Assembly (NCBI GenBank): GCA_965277405.1
Contig: OZ255726.1
Location: forward strand, 512,001-576,000
Length of the DNA: 64,000 nt
From: Gammaproteobacteria bacterium
GTDB taxonomy: Bacteria > Pseudomonadota > Gammaproteobacteria > G965277405
Direction: 5' to 3'
The position numbers and the translations under genes were made by a program. Each line of letters opens with the position of its first letter. Within the stretch, counting starts at the first letter, position 1. The notes under the pieces were generated by a model. It did no database searches. It had not been told where the DNA came from and saw nothing but the letters and a program-made list of their open reading frames with translations. Shown here piece after piece: positions 20,265 to 30,546 of this stretch.

Positions 20265-20930
20265 ATGAAGCATAAACACACAATATTCGCACTCATAGTC
20301 ACTATTTTTTCTATGCCAGTCTTCGCTGCAACAGAACTATTTGTTGGAGTAGGTTATGCGTTGCCTGTAAGGAAAAGCAGTGCAGAATTTTTAGGCCGTG
20401 GAGAAAATACAATAAAACATAGTGGACTGAATTTTACTGTTGGAGCTATTTTTGCTAAGAAACATCGACTTAGTATAATGAGGCAAAAGCTTTCTAAAAA
20501 AAAATTAGAGAACGGGTTTTACATAAAAGGAGAAATGGTTGCATTAAGCTATGACTATCACTTTGCTTCAGGTTTGTATCTTGGTGCGAGTTTGCACCAA
20601 AACACATTAGAAATACAGACTGAAAGACCAGGCTCGTATCTTTTTTCGATAGCACAGCAAACTGAAACACTGAATAGTAACCCGTCTAGTGGGTTACGAG
20701 CGGGGTATATGTTGAAAATTACTGAAGAATCAGCAGTTTTATTCTTGCTTGCCTTATACGGAACAAGCTATGGAGAAAGCTATTATGAGTTTGACAATTA
20801 CTATGTGGATGTGGATGGAAACTATTATGAGTTTGACAATTACTATGTGAATGTGAGTAAGAATGCTGAATATAATATGTCCCTGTTTAGTCTTGTGTAT
20901 ACGTACACTCTACCCTCGTCAGGTAGGTGA
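20265..20930 (+). CDS. Exported protein, probable small outer-membrane beta-barrel
   Basis: Signal peptide MKHKHTIFALIVTIFSMPVFA; amphipathic strands LFVGVGY, LSYDYHF, LYLGASL, LRAGYML, LVYTYT. Confidence 0.6.
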   Translation: MKHKHTIFALIVTIFSMPVFAATELFVGVGYALPVRKSSAEFLGRGENTIKHSGLNFTVGAIFAKKHRLSIMRQKLSKKKLENGFYIKGEMVALSYDYHFASGLYLGASLHQNTLEIQTERPGSYLFSIAQQTETLNSNPSSGLRAGYMLKITEESAVLFLLALYGTSYGESYYEFDNYYVDVDGNYYEFDNYYVNVSKNAEYNMSLFSLVYTYTLPSSGR

Positions 20931-21660
20931 TGAAAACTGATTAGTTGTTGGTTTGTTGTTTTATGTAAATTTTGTCGGTTTTCTCTGGATTTTTCTATTT
21001 TCACTCCACAGTTCATTTTTTTTGATTTCTGGACAGTTTGGGATGATAAATTGATATTTAATCCGGAATTACTAATGAATTAACTCACCAATAAGCGGCT
21101 ATTAATCTCCTCTTAGTTTAATCAAAGCAACCTTGCAGCCTCCAATGTGCTCGGTAAATCTTGATGCTGGTAGTTGATAATAATCAGCGCGTTACTATTT
21201 GTGTTTAATATTTGTGTGTTGTTGCCCAGCGGCTGTCTTGGTGTTTAAGATGATGATGCGCTTATCGTGCTGATAGCGGCTGTTGATATTTGCGCATCAA
21301 AGTTACCTGTCTTGTTGTTTAAGTTAAATTAGCCAATATTGAGCGTGCGTTTAATATCTTGTAAATATCGTCTGCGCTGATACCGAGCAACTCCAGTGCA
21401 GGCAAGACATTGCGGGTACCGTCGTGGTGTCAGAGTGCTTTTTCATCAGTAAGGCCAACCGTAACTTGCTTTGTGCTTGTCGGATAGTTCAATGATTCGA
21501 GCATGTTCCCTGTGGTATTCAGAATATCGTTTGGCATGGGCATGCTTTTGCGTTTTTTCCTGTATCGTTGCAGCTTTGAGATGCTGCCACGCCGCACTGT
21601 CAGCATCCCACGCGTTGGGTATAAATGCTACGGAGGTGTGTTTTTCAACAGCATGCTAAA

Positions 21661-21727
21661 TTATCATCAGCGTTTTTTCACCGTCTCGACCATCAGCGAG
21701 TTTGTGGGTAATTGCTGATGATTGCAA
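21661..21727. repeat. TIR-less MITE junction remnant
   Basis: MITE right subterminal segment fused directly to left subterminal segment. Confidence 0.6.
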
Positions 21728-21956
21728 TCAGACCTGCTAGTTTACAAGCGGACTATCGCGCAATTGAAAACTGGGCTGATGCTGTTGTTGATGCCCGCAC
21801 CATCACGAACACTTCTTTATGGTAATTGTGCGCGTGGAGTTTTGCAGCGATAGCGTGTGAAATTTGCAGTATTCATCGATATAATTCCTAGCAAACAGGT
21901 GTTGTTCTTGCTGGTAACATGTATTATTCACAATATTTTACATTTAAATTGGAGTT

Positions 21957-22547
21957 ATGGGCATTATGTATACTAATAGAATTGCTTCACAGGTATTGAT
22001 TGTCGGTAGTGTTTTGCTGGCGGGCTGTTCATCTTCCCCTGCCGTTCCCACGCAGGAAAAATGCTTGTTTCCAGACGCTGTGGGTGGTGATGCTCCACTG
22101 TGGGTGTGTCATGAGCGTCTTGATGGCGGTCCAAAATTTCAAGCAATGGGAAGTGCACGACTAGGCGGCAACCGTTCACTAGCTGAGTCAAAAGCAACGG
22201 CTGTTGCACAGGTTAAATTGGCGGGGCGGATGAACATCTCCATAAAAAACATGATTGAAAGCTATGCCGCTGAAGTGGCATCAACCGATGGCGATGTTAT
22301 CAACACAGATAGCTTTGAAGAAACAACTCGTAGAACAGTGAAGCAAAATATTATCGGCAGCCACATTATTCGAAAAGTGGTTAGTTCTAGCGGAGACGAA
22401 CTGTATGTACTGATGGTAATGAATCCTGCTGATGTTAAGGAGGTGGTAGGCGAAGTTATCGATGTACTGGAACAGGAAAATAATCTGTTAAAGGGTAAGA
22501 TGAACCTAGGCAATGCAATGAAACGCCTCGATGAGAAGGTGCAATAG
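21957..22547 (+). CDS. LPP20-like lipoprotein
   Basis: Lipobox LLAGC; CLFPDA..APLWVC, AMGSA, A..KA...AQVKLA, LYVLMVM. Confidence 0.72.
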   Translation: MGIMYTNRIASQVLIVGSVLLAGCSSSPAVPTQEKCLFPDAVGGDAPLWVCHERLDGGPKFQAMGSARLGGNRSLAESKATAVAQVKLAGRMNISIKNMIESYAAEVASTDGDVINTDSFEETTRRTVKQNIIGSHIIRKVVSSSGDELYVLMVMNPADVKEVVGEVIDVLEQENNLLKGKMNLGNAMKRLDEKVQ

Positions 22548-22609
22548 GTCGTTAGTGCCTGCATAGTCGTTAGCGTCCGCATAGTTAGCGTCCACATATA
22601 AATGCCTCC

Positions 22610-22987
22610 ATGCGCCATTGTTTGTTGTTTGCTTTGGTATTGCTTCTTCCATCTTGCACACTATTTCAACCGCATCCTCCTGAATGGATGAACAATCCAC
22701 CAGCAAACAGCGGAGTTGGCATTGCTGGACCGAACATAGACGGCATTCCCGCACAAATCAGCTTAGCAACCCACCGAGCCAGTATTGATTATGCAAAAAG
22801 GAAAGGGTATCTGGTTGAATCATCAACTCTGGTTCGCGCTGGTGCTGATGGGAGGATTGAATGGGAAGAGCTAGAGGAGAATAGCAGCGGGACTATGGAG
22901 GCAACTAAAGTGCAGGTAGAAGTGCGAGAACGTTGGTACGATGGGCATACCAACTACTATGTTCTGGTTACGGCAGTGGATGAGTGA
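22610..22987 (+). CDS. Small LPP20-like lipoprotein
   Basis: Lipobox LLPSC; PEWMNNPP..GVGIA, A.HRA..DYA, ERWYD...YYVLV. Confidence 0.65.
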   Translation: MRHCLLFALVLLLPSCTLFQPHPPEWMNNPPANSGVGIAGPNIDGIPAQISLATHRASIDYAKRKGYLVESSTLVRAGADGRIEWEELEENSSGTMEATKVQVEVRERWYDGHTNYYVLVTAVDE

Positions 22988-23314
22988 TGGAGCTTTAGTT
23001 GGTATTCTAACCATTCATCCAATATTGATTGTTAGCAGGTTTGATTCATCATTCTAGCAACGTGTGTTGCAACGAAAAATGCAAGTGATGAGTGATATTC
23101 ACCAGTTTAAACGCCCAGCTAATAAGGAATCGCTGATTAAGCAGATGATTGGCATATGTCGTGTAAACCACTGCCAACGTTGTCAAACTATTGAAATATA
23201 CTGAATGTTTTCGTACACTTGTCTGTGATTTTTGCTGTCTTTGCTCTAGCATAGTCTCTATAGCGTAACAATTGTGCAGATTGATCAATACAACGCCACA
23301 GGAGGGGGACGTTC

Positions 23315-26173
23315 ATGCGAAACACCACACTCAGTACAACAGTAACTAGATTTACCGTTTTCGTCAGTTGTATCCTGTTAGCCGTAGGCTGCGCTACACA
23401 GCAGGCTAGTCAACAACACCAGCGACAGCAGGCTAAACAGCAGGCTATAATAAAACAGCACCAGCTACAGCAAGCTCAACAGCACCAGCCCAACGCAGAG
23501 TTGAGGAACGCCACCAGAGTGGCGTTCAAGGAGCGAATCTATGGTTGGAAGCTGTTGCGCACCTACCATGAGCATAAAAATTCGGTAACGTTAATCGCCT
23601 TCAGTCCAGATGGTAAGACCCTCGCCAGCGGATCTAGGGATAAGACTATCAAACTCTGGAATCCGCGCAGCGGCAAGTTGTTGCGCACCCTGAAGGGGCA
23701 TAGTGATGATGTAAATTCAGTCGCCTTCAGTCCAGATGGTAAGACGCTTGCCAGCGGATCTAGGGATAAGACTATCAAACTATGGAATCCGCGCAGCGGC
23801 AAGTTTTTGCGCACCCTGAAGGGGCATAGTGATGATGTAAATTCAGTCGCCTTCAGTCCAGATGGTAAGACGCTTGCCAGCGGATCTGGGGATAAGACTA
23901 TCAAACTCTGGAATACTCGCAGCGGCAAGTTGTTGCGCACCCTAATCGGGCATACTGGTACCGTATTTACAGTCGCCTTCAGTCCAGATGGTAAGACCCT
24001 CGCCAGCGGATCTCTGGACAGGACTATCAAACGCTGGAATACGCGCAGCGGCAAGTTGTTGCGCACCATTAATGGGCATAGTAACGCGGTATGGTCAGTC
24101 GCCTTCAGTCCAGATGGTAAGACGCTTGCCAGTGGATCTAATGATCAGACTATCAAACTCTGGAATCCGCGCAGCGACAAGTTGTTGCGCACCCTAATCG
24201 GGCATACTGATACCGTATTCTCAGTCGCCTTCAGTCCAGATGGTAAGACCCTCGCCAGCGGATCTCTGGATAGGACTGTCAAACGCTGGAATCCGCGCAG
24301 CGGCACGTCGGTGGGCACCCTTGATGGGCGTGGGAGTAATTGCAAGGGATGCGAGGCATACTCAGTCGCCTTCAGCCCAGCTGGCCTTCTTGCCATCGGA
24401 TTTCGGCATAGTAGCATCCAACTCTGGCAATTACCGAGGTCAGACGACTATGTCTGGAATAAGTTTGTCGCCAGCTGGAATCGTGGCGACGCAGGTCTGG
24501 AGGAGCTGTACCAGCTACAACACAAATATCCAACGAATACCAGCATAGCCGCTGCCTATGCTAGGGCGAGCTCCAAAAGCCCCTACGGCAGTGGCCGAGT
24601 TGCTGTTTATTTGCGCAGGTGGCAGCTTGACAGCACTAGCTGGCGGACAACTACCGCCTTTATCCAACAACTGGCTTCTGACTGGCTCAACCTTAAGGAA
24701 ATAATCAAACCAGCGAAAATCATAATGCCTACGTTACCGCCAGCTGTAGAGTTGATACAGGAAAATTGGGAAGGGGATAGTGAATTCGAAACTCGAGTTG
24801 CTCAGCTGAACAAGGCGCGTCAAGCGCGGATAAACCAACTTCAAGCAGACTACAGACACAAGGTCGAAGTGCGCAACAGCAAAGTTACCAAGCTTGAACG
24901 CCTACAACAGCAACGCCATAATCAACTAGCAAGCTATGTACAAGGCATACTTGATTATAGCCTTGAAACGCAGCCGCCAGCACTAGACAAAGTAATAATC
25001 AACCAACAAACACTTGATCTTTATGCTGATCTGGTGTTCAAAGGAACCCTTGTTGGTCGCTATAAACTGGCGCAGGCGCCACTGAAGCTGCGCAAACAGG
25101 TTATGACTAACAGCAAAAGTGTGAAAGTGCTACCGAATATTGAGTTAAGCGACACCAATGATTTTCGTGTAACTTCAATCACTATCTTGCATGATGATCA
25201 AAGATGGCTAGCGCAGGCAAGCGAGCAACAGCTACAACACACGAATACCCCTTTGGTTGCTACCATCGGCAACGCCAGCGAAACGCGTGAACTGAGTAGC
25301 ATCTCCCTACTGCAAAAGCAAAACCCTAACCTAGTCGATGTCAACTCAGTGGGGACGGTTCAGTACAAAGACGGCACCACAGCACTCACCCGCTATCAAG
25401 ACGACCTCACTCCGCTGGTGCAACAATTAGCCCAGGCACCAATAGACCAAAGCAAATGGCTGTTCGTCATCGGTGCAGAACGCTACCAGGAGACAGATAA
25501 CATCCTTTTTGCCAGAAGAAGTGCCGAGAACTTTGCCCTCGCCGCCAAAAAATCACTTGGCATCGACGCTGGTCACACCATCACCCTCTACGACGAGCAG
25601 GCGACCAGCGGACAGATAAAAACCAAGCTCAAAAAGCTGCTGCGTGAGGGCATCAGCCCCGGTGACAGCATTATCCTTTACTACAATGGTCACGGCTTGC
25701 CGGTCAGAGAACAAGACGATACCCCTTATATGCTGCCGACCGATATGATTCCCGACTTTGTCAGCGATGAGCCTTTTTTTAAACTTGAAAATATGTATGC
25801 TTTACTCGCTAAATCGAAAGCAGGCAACGCAATAGTGATAATGGACAGTTGCTTTACTGGCGGCGCGGACGGCAGGTCAGTCATCAAAGGTGTGGCAGCA
25901 GCGAGCCTATCACCAAAAAAACTTTTGATAGACAAGAGCAAACTCATCGTTATGACAGCAGGGACAGACAAGCAATACTCCACCGCCTTCAAAGACAAAG
26001 GCTACCGACTTTTTAGCTACTACCTGATTAAAAGGCTGGTAGCAAACAAACCGCAAACGGTTGAAGATTGGTTTGAATCGGTACAAAGTCAGGTCAAAAC
26101 AACTTCGCGCCAAATAGGAGGCTCGCTCAGCTATCAGGATCCGCAGTTGCTGGGGAGCAATCAGCAGCTATAG
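23315..26173 (+). CDS. Lipoprotein with WD40 beta-propeller, coiled-coil and C-terminal caspase-like (peptidase C14) domain
   Basis: Lipobox LAVGC; 6-7 GH..V.SVAFSPDGKTLASGS.D.TIKLW repeats; WLFVIG, YYNGHG and IMDSCF catalytic dyad, QDPQ. Confidence 0.88.
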   Translation: MRNTTLSTTVTRFTVFVSCILLAVGCATQQASQQHQRQQAKQQAIIKQHQLQQAQQHQPNAELRNATRVAFKERIYGWKLLRTYHEHKNSVTLIAFSPDGKTLASGSRDKTIKLWNPRSGKLLRTLKGHSDDVNSVAFSPDGKTLASGSRDKTIKLWNPRSGKFLRTLKGHSDDVNSVAFSPDGKTLASGSGDKTIKLWNTRSGKLLRTLIGHTGTVFTVAFSPDGKTLASGSLDRTIKRWNTRSGKLLRTINGHSNAVWSVAFSPDGKTLASGSNDQTIKLWNPRSDKLLRTLIGHTDTVFSVAFSPDGKTLASGSLDRTVKRWNPRSGTSVGTLDGRGSNCKGCEAYSVAFSPAGLLAIGFRHSSIQLWQLPRSDDYVWNKFVASWNRGDAGLEELYQLQHKYPTNTSIAAAYARASSKSPYGSGRVAVYLRRWQLDSTSWRTTTAFIQQLASDWLNLKEIIKPAKIIMPTLPPAVELIQENWEGDSEFETRVAQLNKARQARINQLQADYRHKVEVRNSKVTKLERLQQQRHNQLASYVQGILDYSLETQPPALDKVIINQQTLDLYADLVFKGTLVGRYKLAQAPLKLRKQVMTNSKSVKVLPNIELSDTNDFRVTSITILHDDQRWLAQASEQQLQHTNTPLVATIGNASETRELSSISLLQKQNPNLVDVNSVGTVQYKDGTTALTRYQDDLTPLVQQLAQAPIDQSKWLFVIGAERYQETDNILFARRSAENFALAAKKSLGIDAGHTITLYDEQATSGQIKTKLKKLLREGISPGDSIILYYNGHGLPVREQDDTPYMLPTDMIPDFVSDEPFFKLENMYALLAKSKAGNAIVIMDSCFTGGADGRSVIKGVAAASLSPKKLLIDKSKLIVMTAGTDKQYSTAFKDKGYRLFSYYLIKRLVANKPQTVEDWFESVQSQVKTTSRQIGGSLSYQDPQLLGSNQQL
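23545..24430 (+). repeat. 126-bp tandem repeats encoding WD40 blades
   Basis: GCCTTCAGTCCAGATGGTAAGAC recurs every 126 bp six times plus a degenerate seventh. Confidence 0.9.
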
Positions 26174-26190
26174 CACAAGCCAGACAAAGC

Positions 26191-27243
26191 ATGCAATCTC
26201 CTTGGCAGTTTGTCTGTATGGCAATACTCCTAATTTCTTGCGCCACAAACACACCAACCCTAGAATATCCGCAGTGGTACAAAAGATTACCGCAGCAGCA
26301 AGGGATAGTGATTGGCTATGGCTATGGTTTGACAAAACAAGAAGCTCGGTACAAGTCTTTTGATCATCTTCGTAACCAGCTGGGCGTCAGCGTACATTCC
26401 ACTCAGGTTTTTTCTGAGTTTGAACGAATTACTAACATTGGCATTGATGAGTTCAGCGATACAAGGGCAGCAGAAGTAATTATTAATGCGGATATACACG
26501 GAGCCGTCCTGCGTAAGGCTGAGCAACGAGGCAGTTATTATTTCATCGCTTACAGCACTGATATCAGGTCGGTTCGGTCGCGTATTCTCGAAACCCCCAG
26601 TCTTTGTCAAGGAGCAAAGGCTGTCGGAATACACAGGCAGCAAAGCCTAACAGGTTTCAAGCCATTCGCACCAATCACCCGAGATTTACAAGCAGATGGT
26701 TGCCCAGACAACTGGACTCTACAACGGCTGAATAATTCATGGTCTATTGAATTGGCGGGACACAGTTTCCAGCTACCGAATGAGCAACTATGGCGTCTTA
26801 CCCTTGCTATAGACAAGACAGATGAACTTACACTGCTTGACGATAAACATCATGAACAGGAGAGTTTTCGTGCTGGTGAGCGTTATTTCGTTTCCTATAA
26901 CAAACCAGTTAATAGCAACATGTACCTTTTTCTCGTTAACGAACTTGGTCAGGTTAATCTACTTGATCAATCCGAGGCCAAACAGCTACGGCGTGAGCGC
27001 TGGTTGTACCCCAATCCCGATAAATACGCTGGTGGTTTGATCGCAGCACCGAACTCAAGTGGATCAATACATAATGACTTAATAGTGGCAGCCGCTTGTC
27101 CTGAGACTATCCACTATCATTTTTCCTCCCTGACAAGTGCAAAACCTGACCTTGCCGATGAAAGACTGTATGTTCTGGACCGATTGATCAAGGAAGTTGA
27201 GCATTGTTTGGTACATATGAGAAGCCTCAGGATAGTATTATAA
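26191..27243 (+). CDS. LPP20-like lipoprotein with additional C-terminal domain (possibly DUF4384-like)
   Basis: Lipobox LISC; PQWY..IGYGYG...EARYKS; C-terminal FRAGERY...MYLFLVNELGQVNLL. Confidence 0.62.
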   Translation: MQSPWQFVCMAILLISCATNTPTLEYPQWYKRLPQQQGIVIGYGYGLTKQEARYKSFDHLRNQLGVSVHSTQVFSEFERITNIGIDEFSDTRAAEVIINADIHGAVLRKAEQRGSYYFIAYSTDIRSVRSRILETPSLCQGAKAVGIHRQQSLTGFKPFAPITRDLQADGCPDNWTLQRLNNSWSIELAGHSFQLPNEQLWRLTLAIDKTDELTLLDDKHHEQESFRAGERYFVSYNKPVNSNMYLFLVNELGQVNLLDQSEAKQLRRERWLYPNPDKYAGGLIAAPNSSGSIHNDLIVAAACPETIHYHFSSLTSAKPDLADERLYVLDRLIKEVEHCLVHMRSLRIVL

Positions 27244-27340
27244 TGTTCAGGTGAAGCACTGAGTGTTGCGGTCGGATGTTATATGCAGATATGCTATGCT
27301 GGTCAACCCTGACCATTAGCCACATAACCATGAGAAAAAT

Positions 27341-28804
27341 ATGCGCATTTACCTAGCACCTGTATTTGTGACAATCCTTTGGATTACTTCTTCTTCAATA
27401 ACAACAACTTACGCTGCTAGCGATATTGAGCAGCGTAAGCTGCAGATGCAGCAGAGCATAAATAAGCAAAAAAAAATCTTTGCAGCTTACAAGCGCAATA
27501 GTAAAAACGAGTTTGAAGCCTATCGTGCCCAGCAACAGGAAACTTTAAAAAAAGCAATTAAAGAAAACTGGCGCCAATTTCAAATTTACAAAGCAGACTT
27601 CAGCTTGCTTGGCAACAAGCCGCAAAACCAACCAGCCTACGGCAACCAGGTTAAACATCAACTAGCAGCCAAATCACCAAATCTCAAAACATCAATTGTA
27701 AAACCTAGGGATGGTCATCTTTCACAGCAAAAAACAGCAAACACGCAGCCACTTAATCTGTATGGAATGACGTTATCTATGCCTGTGGTCACGCAGCCAG
27801 TCATGTCAGCAGGAGCAGACAAACAGGCAATTACTGACTATCTACAAGCAAACCCAGATTACGAAAAAAAGTTAGTTGTGTTTGCCCGTGATACTGCAGA
27901 GCGACTCCACCTTGACGATTGGGGTACATACTTGCTGATGCGTGAGATAGCACGGCAGCTCTACCCAGATAGCTGGCAAACCAGACGCCTTGCCCAATGG
28001 AAATGGATGAATCAGCTTGGCTACGATCTGCGCATAGCCGAAACAAGCAACGAATTACGTTTACTACTACCAGTCACCCAGACAATATATGGTCACTCAT
28101 ACATATTTATAGAAGGCAATAAATACTATCTTGATACCCCAGCTGGTAGCGACTTGCACACCTATCCACAACAATTTGATAAACTTGCAGCCATAGAGAA
28201 TATCAACCCAACACAAGTGCGGTGGTCTGATGACAAGCAGAATATTCATGTTCGCCAGCTTGATTATTCCAACGATGGCGAACACTACCAAATTACGCTT
28301 AAGTTCGATATACGTACACTGCGGATGATGCAGGATTATCCGCAAATGATTTTTTCTCGATATTTTAAAACACCTCTTTCGCCAAAACTTGAACAATCAC
28401 TCAAAGATCAGCTCATGCCTGTGCTTGCAGGCAAGAGCAAATATCAGCAGGCAAGTCTGCTGCTTAAGTTGGTACAGAAATCTCTCGCCTACCAGACTGA
28501 TCAACAACAGTTTGGCAAGGAAAACTACCTATTTGCCGAAGAATCTATAGGGTTTCCATATGCCGACTGTGAAGACAGAGCTATTCTGTATGCTTGGCTG
28601 GTGCATGAGCTGCTCGACCTTCCCTATCTGGTACTGCTATACCCTAACCACCTGACTACGGCCATAGCTCTGAACGGAACAGGTGACACAATTCATTATG
28701 GCAATACCATCTATCTGATAGCTGACCCAACATACATAGGGGCACCAATCGGTAAAGCCATGCATCCGCAGATAGAGCCAAAGATTATTTATGCTTCACA
28801 ATAG
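27341..28804 (+). CDS. Exported transglutaminase-like (papain-fold) protein
   Basis: Signal peptide; helical N-terminus; YADCEDRAIL, YPNHLTTA, IADPTYIGAPIG = Cys-His-Asp triad. Confidence 0.75.
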   Translation: MRIYLAPVFVTILWITSSSITTTYAASDIEQRKLQMQQSINKQKKIFAAYKRNSKNEFEAYRAQQQETLKKAIKENWRQFQIYKADFSLLGNKPQNQPAYGNQVKHQLAAKSPNLKTSIVKPRDGHLSQQKTANTQPLNLYGMTLSMPVVTQPVMSAGADKQAITDYLQANPDYEKKLVVFARDTAERLHLDDWGTYLLMREIARQLYPDSWQTRRLAQWKWMNQLGYDLRIAETSNELRLLLPVTQTIYGHSYIFIEGNKYYLDTPAGSDLHTYPQQFDKLAAIENINPTQVRWSDDKQNIHVRQLDYSNDGEHYQITLKFDIRTLRMMQDYPQMIFSRYFKTPLSPKLEQSLKDQLMPVLAGKSKYQQASLLLKLVQKSLAYQTDQQQFGKENYLFAEESIGFPYADCEDRAILYAWLVHELLDLPYLVLLYPNHLTTAIALNGTGDTIHYGNTIYLIADPTYIGAPIGKAMHPQIEPKIIYASQ

Positions 28805-28834
28805 GGCGTTGTTTTGGTGTTATACATGCGCTGT

Positions 28835-28957
28835 TGCGGTACTTGCTGTGTTGCAACCTTTGGTGTATATGCTCCGGCATGCACCTGCGGAATGCGCCTT
28901 GCAATCATCAGCAATTGCAGGTAAACTCGCTCCATCAGCGACTTAATCAGAGCTTCC
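28835..28957. mobile_element. Partial MITE (one TIR)
   Basis: GCGGTACTTGCTGTGTTGCA...TTAATCAGAGCTTCC|TTAG. Confidence 0.8.
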
Positions 28958-29524
28958 TTAGGCAAAACCTCATTATTAAGTTTGGCGTACTTTTGCTGGA
29001 TTGCTCTATCTCTCTCTTCCCACAAATTAGCTTTAGCTATTAAATGAGAGGCATCTATACAAGTAAATACCTCATTCATGTACCCATGTTGTTGCAATTG
29101 AGCGCTAACATCTGCAAATATCTTAGATAATTGGTGCGTACCTATACGCGCTCTAGCTCTTGTAAATACTGTATGATCTGGCGTAGGCGCGATTAACGCT
29201 ACATTACAAAACCATTTAGACAAAACCATTTAGCGGCGGTGTTTTTTGTTAAGTATCTTTCTAGCTCTCTATCACTTAAATCTTCTAAGTGTTGCAGCAG
29301 TAGTGCTTTAAATAACAGCTCTATACCATATCCTTTATAGTTGCTAGAGCCTTGTGCTGTTTTTAAATATTTACTAACTAAGCGGCGAATATCTATTAAT
29401 TGAGCGAAATTGCGGTATATATGATCAGCGGCTACTAGATCTGCTAGAGTAATCATTTTGTTTATACATGATATTTAAAATATAAGGTTATAGTTGAGTT
29501 GAATAATTTTACACTAGGCTATAA
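28958..29524 (-). pseudogene. Second copy of the IS5/IS1182-like transposase 5' half
   Basis: Near-identical to 18180-18748 in reverse; outer end removed by IS1595 insertion. Confidence 0.78.
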
Positions 29525-30545
29525 GGCTATGTTCTGAGAGTTTGTTGAAATGGCGTATACAGCATATCCCTCATGAAACTGGCAGGTGATATATCTCCCC
29601 GTTTATTAAGCTCAAACCAACGCAACCATCCACAATATTTATGAAGATTTTTAGTTGCAACACCATGAAAAGGAGCTAACCATTGCTTGAGCCTCATGTG
29701 GTAGGCGTTCACCGTTTGCATATGAACAACTTTGTCTTTAACCCGCTCACCAAGGCTTTGATTTAACACGACATGATTGATATTTTTCTGTTTGGCTAGA
29801 TGCTCATAATTGATATGACCGTCGCTACAGAGAACCAGATCGTCGGCGAGTTTAGGTACAAAGGCTGGCTGTAATTGATCCAGCGTAAAGTTCTCTACAA
29901 CCTGATCGACAATGTTGCCACTGCGATCGATCCAATCACGGCTTTCACTGTAGATGCATTGCTATTACCGCGTTTTCGCGGCTTGCCCGTGGTTAAATAG
30001 CGACTGCCTTTTTCAGAATATTTAAAACAAGTTTCATCCATTGCGACAATGCCTGCAAGCTGCTTGCTCATAAGTAAATCAGCCAATTTAAGAAATTTAT
30101 GCCTCCATGTGAATGCCGTGGTGAGGTTGATGACGCATTCCTTGGCAGCAATGCGCAGCGATTTTGAATCAACCATCGTTTGTCCAGTATTGTTCCCACA
30201 GTTCAGGCTTATGCAGAGCCTTCAATTCTGAACCCGTTATGCATTATAGGTTTTTAAGCATGACCGACAACGATACCGCTGACGTCCTGGCGAAGTGCCC
30301 CACTTCTAGGTACTTTTAGCTACTTTCATGTTGGCAATGAGGTCCATCCATGTACCGCTTGTGCAAGTAATTTCAGTACTTGAGGTTGCGATTGCGGATT
30401 GAGTAAATGCTTTTCTAAGTCAGCCTTTTGCTTTGGAGAAAGCCCATTAACTGATTGTTTTAGCAGATTAAATGCAGAGGTCTGCATTATTTAGAGCATT
30501 GTGGATGTGATTGATACTTGTAGCATATCTTATTTCAACAATTTG
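29525..30545 (-). mobile_element. IS1595-family element, frameshifted transposase
   Basis: End GGCTATGTTCTGAGAGTTTGTTGAAA; AFTWRHKFL, MDETCF, HMQTVNAYH..LKQWLAPFHGVATKNL; far end approximate. Confidence 0.82.
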
Positions 30546-30546
30546 T

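Noticed and set aside
20940-21480. Minus-strand stretch with protein-like segments (LELLGISADDIYKILNA)
   Set aside because: Multiple stops and no confident family; possibly an old pseudogene but not supportable by eye
22547-22597. Short imperfect tandem (ATAGTCGTTAGCGTCCGC-like) between lipoprotein genes
   Set aside because: About three degenerate units with no spacers; simple slippage repeat
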